From: a virus
Taxonomy: Duplodnaviria; Caudoviricetes
Virus record (IMG/VR): IMGVR_UViG_3300048583_000219
Location: 1 to 59,637 of that record
Strand: one strand, 5' to 3'
DNA: 59,637 nt
A program made the translations under genes and the position numbers. Of this stretch, positions 56,501 through 59,637 are shown one piece after another. The stretch's first letter is position 1. Each line of letters starts with the position of its first letter. A model generated the notes under the pieces. The model had not been told where the DNA came from, did no database searches, and saw only the letters and a list, made by a program, of their open reading frames with translations.

Positions 56501-59500
56501 GCCCTCGACCTGTTCCTTGCGGAAGAGAACTCGAAGCTGAAGAACTCGGACCGGAAAAAGTCCACGGTGGAAATCAAGGTGGATGGCGTGCCGTTCGCGG
56601 TGGAACTCCACCAGCAACTCACGCAGGAACATTCCGCGGTCGGATACGTCCAGTGGGGCGGCATGAACGGCATGAAGGACGTGCCATACAAGAGTTTCAG
56701 CGGTGCCGGATCACTGCTTTCCGCCATTCCCGGCCTTGCCAAGCAGGCGCGCAACATGCCAGCGGAGTACAGGGGGACGATTGATTACATGACGAAGAAA
56801 ATCCCCGCCTTGGAGCGCTCGGCGGAAACCGTCTTCGAGCGGGATGCCGAATTGCGCGCGCTCTACGCGGAACAGGATCGGGTGAAGGAAGCGCTTGCCG
56901 CCGCGGCAGCGCCCACCCCGCCGCCGACTCCGGCCGCGCCCAAGCGGAAGAAACCCGCGGACCTTCCGCCCATGGTGCCCGCAGATCCCAAGCTGATGAC
57001 CGCGGAAGTCCGCGCCATCCTCGAACGCGCCACCATCCAGGATGACGTGCTCACCCTGCCGGAAGAACTCCCGCGCAAGGTGTATGAGCGGGTAAACAAA
57101 ACGCTTGAATCCGCCGGCGGCCAATGGGACCGCGCCGCCAAGGGGCACGTCTTCGCCGGAGACCCGAGGGAAGTGCTCGGACTCGCCAAAGCGGAGACCG
57201 CCACACCGGAGCAAGTCTCCCGTGTGGAATCCCTGCTTCGCTCTGAAGGCCCGGAGACCTACCCCGGCAAAGGACTTGCGCCGGCGCTGGCGACTTTGGG
57301 GAGCTCGCCGGCTTCATGGGGCGATTACTCCGCCCAACCCGGTCCGCACAAGTCAGGCTTCGAGATTCGAGCCCGCAACATCGTGGAAGGTTTCATGTCG
57401 CCCGACTTCAAGTATCGGGTTGGCAACGATTTCCGAGTTCCAGAAGGGCGCAAGCTCATCGCTTCCAACTTCGCGGAATACAAAGAAGGCAAATACAAGC
57501 TCGGGCTGTATCGCCTGCTGCTGCTGGAAAACGCTCAAGGACAGCGATACGTCGAAGTCGAAAAAGGCATCGGCTACAACGGCGGAACGACTGGCGAAAC
57601 GCTTGAGTTTGAGCGCATCTCGAATGATGCAATCGACCGTAATTCCGCACTTTCCGAGCGCTCGCGCAAACTGTGGGAAGCTCATCCTGCGGGGCAACAA
57701 CAAGCCTCGTTGTTCTCCTCACCCGCGCCCGAGCAATCCTCCGCGGTGCAGGAAGCGCTTGCCATGATGCCGGAAGTGTATCGCCAAGTCTTCGAGGGCA
57801 TCGAGGGCGGCGCTTCCGTCACGGAAGTGACCGGCAAGTTCAACATCACGCCGCGCGCGGTGGACAACATCCTCAACCAAGTGCGGGCGAGAATCCACGT
57901 CGCAATAAGAGCTGCAAGTGCGGAGGGATTGCAACCCGCAATGAAAGGCGACAGATTTGCTGGTGGGCGACCCGATCTTGCCCTTGGCGGGCGTCCAGAA
58001 ATGGCGGCAATTCATCAAATCCGCAACGAGTCTGGAGTCCCAGACGTGCGCAAATGGGCAGAAGTGGATGCCGCTGCGCGCGACATGCTCAAACAAGATT
58101 ATCAAGGCACATACGATGCGCTGCTTGAAAAAGCGAAAGCCCTGCAACCAATGACGGATTTGGAAGTCTCGGCGACGAAGATGATTCTGGCCCGAGAGAC
58201 GTTGAGTGGAAAGCTCATGGACCCGACGGAACGCGTGAAACTTGCCATGTTGGAATATGGCCACACGGAAATAGGTTCCGAAACCGCGCGAGCACTCGCA
58301 ATTCGCCGCGATCCAGAAATGACACCGGCGGAACGTCACGCCAGAACCATTGCATCGGCCATGCTGCATCCCGATCCGCAAACACGAGCGAGGATGAGAA
58401 AAAACCCACAACTTCATGCCGAAATCCTTGCCGGATGGATGCAGCGGGTGGACCGCATCAAAGCGGACCTGCTTGCCCAGGGGATCGATCTGGACGCCTC
58501 GCTGGCCGCCTTCCGGGCCTCGCAGGATGCCAAGGCGCAAGCCGCGGACGAGAGCCCGCAAACCACCCGCATCATTGACGAGCAAATCCGCAAGCTCAAC
58601 CGCCGCGAAAAAGGCGTGATCGAAGCCATCCGCGGCGGCGCTCTCGTCTCCAAGGCGGCCTTCATCACCGGCCTCTCCACCGATGAAGTGAAAGCGATCT
58701 ACGGGCGCTTCCTCACCGACATCCGCGCCGCCATGGCGGAAAGCGCCAAACGCTACCTTGCCGGTGCCCTCGGATCGTCGCCCGCAGACATGATGGGCAG
58801 CATTCTCGAAAACCTCGGCTTGCCGGATATTTCTGCCATCGACGATACGGTGAAGGGATTTGTGGACCGCCGCGGCGAGAAACCTCGCGCCCCGCGCAAG
58901 CCCCGCAAGGCCAAGACCAAGGCGGAAGCCCCGGAAGCCCCGGAGGCTCCAGAGGCACCGGCGGTCCCCGAGCTCACTCCGGAGCAACAAGCCCGCCTGG
59001 ATCAAGAGTGGCAGCGCTTCTTGAATTCCCCGCTGTCCACCTGGAAGGCGTTTTCGCAGGAAATGGGCTGGCTGTCTTGGACTCAGGAGCAAGCCGACGC
59101 TTTCCTTGAGAAAGCCGAAGCCATCAAGAAAGACTGGACCAAGCAAAAAGACCTCATCGACGCACGCGAGGGGATCAACGAAACGAATGGCACCTTCGAC
59201 ATTCACGACCCGGCCAGCGTCAAGGAAGTCATCGATGCCTTCGCCGTCGCCCGCGGTTCTTTCCCGGATGCGCTCATGGAGTTCTGGCGCGCATCGATCC
59301 TGACGGGCCCGCAAACGCATGTGGTCAACACCTCGTCCAACGTCATCAACGCGGCGTGGAATTTGCTGCCGCGCCGCGGCGTCGAGGCGGCCATCAATAC
59401 GATCATCGGAGACCCGAAGAGCGCCACTTTTGCGGAGTTCGTGCCGATTGCGAAAAACCTCCGCAAAGGAGTCCAACTCGCCGCCCGCAACGCCCTGCGG

Positions 59501-59637
59501 GCATGGCAGATCGAAACCCGCGTTTTTGAATCCTACGCCATGGCGGAGGCGGTGAATCTCGATTTCAGCGGCGTGAAATCCGAATACATCCCACCGGCCT
59601 TGGGCGGAAAACTCGGCAAGGTGATGCGGTCTCTCTC
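41573..59637 (+). CDS. Giant DarB-like polyvalent protein, ~6,526 aa, continuing across the origin to 1643. Domains: HExxH metallopeptidase, DdrB-like ParB, ParB-like, RelA/SpoT, ADP-ribosyltransferase, N6-adenine MTase, SNF2 helicase, sigma4-like HTH
   Basis: The track lists no stop-terminated ORF in this frame after 41573, so the frame is open to the end. Motifs translated by hand: HEAVH (45911), LQPRNR...SGNGR, LDGHHQW, GYSD...EVQIH, YLHGT...VAVFDSRQIK, LEPGAGIG/SNVPF, HGVGFGKT/DEAH/QRNGRILRQGN. Confidence 0.9.
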   Translation, partial: MPKYNRSLPEDEIASYLAQARQGTAGVNPRAQTLARSSSNRRAQRFGQDMMADQMEQNARNAEDIARDQDRAAKEAEAAAKAQATEQAKAERAAHYRNVREAEAQGAKIVTDIPTGRRTVATHPDGGTMFEKGEVGEPFIQPTAEAAISSVPGIGDMMRLTRPADKQTLDQTTEVAQKFRDDRGRETIAPLPSDTDPKTGEITGKLKDTFGQTVPVKLGTDQRIAASNQREAAIKAEKQKLDLRENQLNQAKALFDPQWAPVKKEFDALGKELNSFPKTFRKNQTTGKWEKIDPKTDSGIPYDPRELTVWQKERDALQTRYEAAKAKHDQMLPAAENFNRNEREISQKRLKLEAERLKLASGRPLDEDLAQLLADKPESVKPEDVAAFGDNQPPANSSEQPVGANNAPAGESRLPRVLDAMDAAEARIRRDAAIGDIDPATAERKTQALAALKQQTVEQAKTEAAAQLEAQGREIASQFIGTGVRSQELTGAKPGNYAGIKNEISEMGAFIMGKDNTPEKSAQMFRLAGNDLDGAIKLAEGETKKNLTAMKAAFDKAGIKPEDRTRIIQDAAKSQAWTEKDKDNLRKLSTGDLVINPGRVFGQKDAMIAEINASDATPEAKAAAVERLDAMREAMEGKLFRATVAADDDFEDFANSQFKAGNRDKSAILDQWAEQQKARGWVFKATDAVTEGVKTGSVGVVKTLVGGAAGVSALVGADGAAKSLGQAASDMGNVIQSEKEAAKLRGMTGSFGIASDLTDTVVQMAPMIAGGTVAGGLKGMSAIATRGMSAYGWAGAQGYESKLADAVSIAEQQKGSALTGEEIAAVLGRTDTQVAAFLNGAQTAILAAAMPKGAERVALGVKSGSMTVSDFLRQGGMRAIKDGTLRTELKAMGKTIFADATDEALEEFSNQVLDGMISVAALDQELKLGDLLEESFKAGALGGLVGGGLPQVYRGETKADKHKQMVAALQQQTLGTPPPRMVSTALATLDPQAKAPDPAEVAAARKLVAPSVAPLKAIETLRTDHEAAIKAKDYTGAAKIDEEINRTFTEAQTADAKDAAEAVLLTRELAGLEEQAASDVWQANQDLNAARATGDKQAIAAAEVALEQVQQAAPNVPLARAAVKLATGLSPAALTDAELRAVGYKPSEGGPPVPMSPKELADSGLTKPLVRFDSADGSPILLDEARAQVAQTSALAGNRIKLGEQAAMEAAQARVDAAQPSPTAPNEQDPQGTHGPQATPQDSQPAPANPNAPGGGYGTDQRTATSGTEAKKRKVGEGGTTGSTAGASGAAVEAGIYESARAVDPSLPEIPARVAAAFQAGEPVSVSMQKASGIDVPEGYTRQGNVWTPPDGQTVSKPGQTVSEAPAGLAQAAKVAESVKAAVIKAMPALKGRIEISQTGEDGGGADLLIESGVIRLNIPAIQRAITRAGGDVAAVTEYLETIVARHEAVHVVQTEAIREEWKAAGSPGEFMDFYRSFYEDLAGELLTPEAVKAARRIYGKDKKTGEWHFDKIPTDYQKAAEFTRMLVEAKLDGNTEAFSELFRAVKTQGARSKLAKLIRKAVEILTGMKLSPAAEAHVAKLKELYAELSAPAENAQKPQGKAESAEKPAISGLRIETSGKTARVLNGTEVLWEGPADQAQAELASLKAAQASPMFLTGTAIKSALERFPRLGGKLRAELEAAADEVTDAIEALPAGERAQAAEQAIADRINLIADREGERTGKKREEIIEGFRAVAGKRAAKQAASIEQAVIGSEAPEVPAGKPERRDTPNSEMTVDVVSTYLDISQLVGSSDPLFPGGALQPRNRAGQASQNQREEMVQNIRDKDNQHRRYIEGATTDSGRMVVAPLFGADGKHMTNEAGKPMFYVLSGNGRRNALQEAATRKVAAKVTAGFRETAAAEGIDVEGMTLPVPVSVFVPKSAKEAIDLAEYSNRDAQLSVSNTEQANRDAASIEKAKILKLWEPDATGDAGAASNRDFVKAFARAVGDEGIIDNRGALTDEGAKRIERAMVAMLLGPEQAPLLDMLFNRSGALGLRAILGGVASESGSLLKLAASKPDFDLSPVLADALRTAVEAKQSLANGEIRDVGEFFDQGNLFETTEMTPERQLARAIVESRSRRAIRDILGAYRRGAEAVDTGTMSMFAEAETTREDLILKALEARPIEQVIAEVEAEFGNQSDLARKLKVGVPAIKKLDPGQRREFVAAVNAEVDRLRSGSVSAEEWQKLNPDALSAKAALFQRFLDSHTADTIASGFNRLLSRPVQAVLGSSPATAQDYLDAFKTLFYEKLPKADLKDVPEISANPIELLREIKHLVGVTFNGLQADRPAETLGSSPAASVVPDDFQMFQPESGTLGIPRKNMPQIKMRNREAFMEYLDEKGISHRSESVSPDSIKPVQAEFSPFLANRAKGIDFHRALFISSDNHLLDGHHQWLAQADRPTVDVIRIDAPARKALGLMFQFPLVEKSAGSATLGSSPAEDLQAAAKEFEEVLAKYKREAGPQESEQQVFDRLRDQFGNEKVEATIAKYEERFAKLAPFKESFDDTLREISKNHGAEPLLAPLKGRKRGVEKALIEYGGRVSRMGDIVRGSIVADTIYEVDAIAQEIHRRWEGKIKKFENRFTPPLPSGYSDMIFHVEIADGVVAEVQIHIPEMLRAKEEAGHLLYEEYRRIKKDPAKKERTIELSEQMLEVYSSAAKLAIARANALSKSAGETSLSYANFIAVFSDTGTGLPVKSPTGGALGGSAIGTSSTSKNLVPGGKSEALITLPNTKIGGSDQDISGNSKKILGSSTAPEAYVRLTKGDNGNDLLTPTTSQEFWAKRNPKAAAALRKVIDRHATEKGYLADKYLHGTPGNNQAIADESEKNDPNMIRGYEGTAPGDFDVFDSAKTKGGMGLHFFTKEKAWAEYFTGLEDTNNRAPGGYRFIPAYLRIRKAWDIANPEHRQLIEDLIPENQRGEVLAGQYGWMPVETPDVIARIKSLGFDAVRLKEADTEGWDAEGYDTVAVFDSRQIKDASLVTFDAAGNIIPPAQRFNDSNPSILYSSPVAELDLFGAVEERISGPRAKVKRNAAETLRKAPEAAKQNVAKAIAKAEGLADLDLFAAAAVSNLDAKPRRGESVPDASDLLGGTRGTGTRRADGNAASQPGRSKDVRDVAGEDDDLFGFAGNRPGLSGGGRGGNSNGQLGTDGSGLAGDTDGGTAGGSGEAGVSGNRPVRGERDSGADVIELGSDGLPAEVPVPENEADRNARIDPRENLAPKGQASKIKANFEVIELLRLLQAEGRNPTEAEKRTLLTYSGWGHSKGAFDDAKAEAFARVSDNGDPDAYYNRMWRTMPRDQFKRNYNTRSKDRQGNESPSIFELYSWNEKWGETHRELKERLSEAEYKAANRSILNAHYTTPEIIDAQWRMVEKLGFKGGRVLEPGAGIGHYIGTQPERLAARSIWSAVELDKVTSQILALLYPQVRVNSVSSAEGREVTGQGFEEALIPNNSQDLVISNVPFHEKGPWQSQKEYKQELNLHNYFFARALDKVKPGGLICFITSSSTMENNARQRAFLASKGDLVAAVRLPNNAFKENAGTEVTTDIIIMRKPDGRKVESHAWMETRTVGRDKVRLERGDQTAVQYLKGIHPETTWLDATLDAARAAWVEARREREAIKDGKELAAERKAADEVTSAAWKSYVAAFERAEQAAPSWKLEAEVPIRVNEYFANNPANAFGKHSLAGSMYRADEYTLEPDPEGGTLTERFEAVIESLPENITGQGSTIKLATAKDMERGDKPFSFVERDGKFWQVMKDRLEPVEWSSQEIMVFRSWAGVRNAVRELVAAELDPTAATDELADLRKALNEAYGRHIGLYGPISKTGRGAKHDHLAEDPDFPLTLALETEERYTDKKGKPAVRYLKADIFRTRMNKPLIPPTTAETTEEALTNSLVWIGYPNVPYMAKLLGKPVEQVEADLVESELAFMDPVSGQYSIRDSYLSGFVQGKLDTAREAAKEDPAFNRNVKALEAALPERKGIAAIGVSMNAPWLPREVLAGYLESIGLAEAKVEYNAAANIWSVFGVGNSDRFMLNGGTTDDGISYKGIATVELVQHALEMTDPDVTGTIGTGKDKRTVPYPAGNALAKTKMNQMKEDFVKWVKTTDAMIGDQAVQDIVVNSFNEKANGHVPPSFEGKHITLPGASEEVYRTGIRRGAIARMLDQGAGMIAHGVGFGKTYTLIGLAMELKRLGKANRPMITVENATLQQFAASFRVAYPQAKLLVADSKSFEGKNRRRFIARIATGDYDAIVMAHSQFNLIANHPDVVNSYIDEQVAELEAARALTDSADRRAVAALETAKINLENSRKKMLDSLAKRQDLGLYWENLGVDALLVDEAHRFKNAPIITRMRNLKNLPTGTPSQRAIGMVLKTRSVQNRMAGRGVYFATGTPISNSIAESYIMIRYTNPNLLLEQGIENFDQFAAQYCTSTTQVESNWKGKISSETRFSRYINGDALMNLVASSWDIKIDPDLAGIKRPTVKGGGPESILVEPGPANQAFNAWVTNTIAAQWDDPAYWQSLGGRKQALEDDPWLSAVPIMTMQAGIAAALDVRMVDPNAPDFENSKVNTAVRKTVELYKESNDRLGAQAVFVDLQGDFSMDHLLTFAGDPGLSEKGLEPPELDSEGNAVHEKKGKKKRQFDIYNDIRDKLVAAKIPKSEIGMVRAGMSKDARAELFEKVNAGQVRIIIGSSDTMGVGVNIQERLFAAHHLMPPRDFKPSAMEQRNGRILRQGNQHYDLEVEAFVETAERETGQKFRKESRGRQVPDLDAAKAALEGNADALAKAEAAAEKYHIRILEYGMEKSIDSAMYSMMVAKLLGFNQVLTGNGGNSFEDPSDAITMNMAEMAARTIGDPLLIRLVELERDVRSLELEYRGWQDDVSSARETLRRTRSDIRWYETRMEETERYAEVVGKVDSNDEAFAVWEFGGKTIDRNKPKDAPKGWQQPKITEALDLFLAEENSKLKNSDRKKSTVEIKVDGVPFAVELHQQLTQEHSAVGYVQWGGMNGMKDVPYKSFSGAGSLLSAIPGLAKQARNMPAEYRGTIDYMTKKIPALERSAETVFERDAELRALYAEQDRVKEALAAAAAPTPPPTPAAPKRKKPADLPPMVPADPKLMTAEVRAILERATIQDDVLTLPEELPRKVYERVNKTLESAGGQWDRAAKGHVFAGDPREVLGLAKAETATPEQVSRVESLLRSEGPETYPGKGLAPALATLGSSPASWGDYSAQPGPHKSGFEIRARNIVEGFMSPDFKYRVGNDFRVPEGRKLIASNFAEYKEGKYKLGLYRLLLLENAQGQRYVEVEKGIGYNGGTTGETLEFERISNDAIDRNSALSERSRKLWEAHPAGQQQASLFSSPAPEQSSAVQEALAMMPEVYRQVFEGIEGGASVTEVTGKFNITPRAVDNILNQVRARIHVAIRAASAEGLQPAMKGDRFAGGRPDLALGGRPEMAAIHQIRNESGVPDVRKWAEVDAAARDMLKQDYQGTYDALLEKAKALQPMTDLEVSATKMILARETLSGKLMDPTERVKLAMLEYGHTEIGSETARALAIRRDPEMTPAERHARTIASAMLHPDPQTRARMRKNPQLHAEILAGWMQRVDRIKADLLAQGIDLDASLAAFRASQDAKAQAADESPQTTRIIDEQIRKLNRREKGVIEAIRGGALVSKAAFITGLSTDEVKAIYGRFLTDIRAAMAESAKRYLAGALGSSPADMMGSILENLGLPDISAIDDTVKGFVDRRGEKPRAPRKPRKAKTKAEAPEAPEAPEAPAVPELTPEQQARLDQEWQRFLNSPLSTWKAFSQEMGWLSWTQEQADAFLEKAEAIKKDWTKQKDLIDAREGINETNGTFDIHDPASVKEVIDAFAVARGSFPDALMEFWRASILTGPQTHVVNTSSNVINAAWNLLPRRGVEAAINTIIGDPKSATFAEFVPIAKNLRKGVQLAARNALRAWQIETRVFESYAMAEAVNLDFSGVKSEYIPPALGGKLGKVMRSL
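49639..49860 (-). CDS. Nested antisense gene (73 aa); candidate antitoxin for the RelA/SpoT domain
   Basis: Protein-like sequence with its own TTGATC-17-TATTAG promoter 8 nt before the ATG; the host frame here is S/T/G-rich linker. Confidence 0.55.
   Translation of the reverse strand: MRASDFPPGTKFFDVEDVPIADPPNAPPVGLFTGKPVPVSEKTAMKLAYEREVSPADFDKALARAIASFAADE
50925..51236 (+). CDS. Nested same-strand, alternative-frame gene (103 aa; weakly TnpV-like)
   Basis: TTGACG-17-GAGAGT, 7 nt, ATG; helical sequence; the host frame is G/R/D-rich linker. Confidence 0.45.
   Translation: MQATFSAELVAPALAGLTETQLRNLVDQKTFGTWLEKMTTSSDLPGIAPDSPEAGEAATATANSEQTAADLLATLTEEQREEAARLAYLAIGPSAENEILALT
59511..59637. 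repeat. Terminal direct repeat, copy 2
   Basis: Identical to nt 1-127. Confidence 0.97.

Noticed and set aside
58921-58965. GAAGCCCCG-type short tandem repeat
   Set aside because: It encodes an EAP-EAP linker inside the giant protein and is not an independent element.
41537-59476. Many long minus-strand and off-frame ORFs over the giant gene (e.g. 45299-46822, 52988-54280, 57353-57703, 57719-59476)
   Set aside because: These are typical high-GC shadow ORFs opposite recognisable domains; only ORFs lying over linkers, with promoter or start-context support, were kept.
59511-59637. 127-bp terminal repeat as a biological phage DTR
   Set aside because: It falls in the middle of a coding frame and its length matches a common assembler k-mer, so it is best read as circular overlap.

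Overview
Complete circular genome of a temperate, podovirus-like dsDNA phage. Nt 1-127 are repeated exactly at 59511-59637, giving a unit length of 59,510 bp. The host is not determinable from the sequence. Modules: portal, tail and lysis genes, scaffold, major capsid and tail genes (1.9-18 kb); a tyrosine integrase with an attP carrying the 3' half of tRNA-Thr(UGU), plus a divergent repressor/cro-xis switch (18-20.5 kb); recombination and replication genes (RecT-like, YqaJ, RecU-like, YdaU-like initiator, DnaB; 20.5-29.3 kb); a leftward small-gene cluster (36.2-39 kb); and terS/terL. A ~6,526-aa DarB-like polyvalent gene starts at 41573 and crosses the origin to 1643; the ORF track missed it. 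Main discovery: the phage carries its own complete integron at 29,993-34,443, with an IntI-family integrase, an attI-like site and seven attC-bounded cassettes whose core sites match cassette by cassette. All cassette genes are inverted relative to attC, so they read as part of the phage early operon. The att sites supply start codons, in-frame stops and ATGA coupling. The cargo looks like counter-defence (Lar-like, Mom/XF1762-like, Acb2/Tad1-like). Other findings: genes nested inside the giant gene with their own promoters (including a candidate antitoxin for its RelA/SpoT domain), an eight-copy LGSSP-type motif separating its domains, a six-copy phage-specific promoter (GCTGCGCCCGTT-N21/22-YANNNT), and a terminator/antiterminator leader before the replication gene. 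Family assignments come from motif recognition by eye, not database searches.
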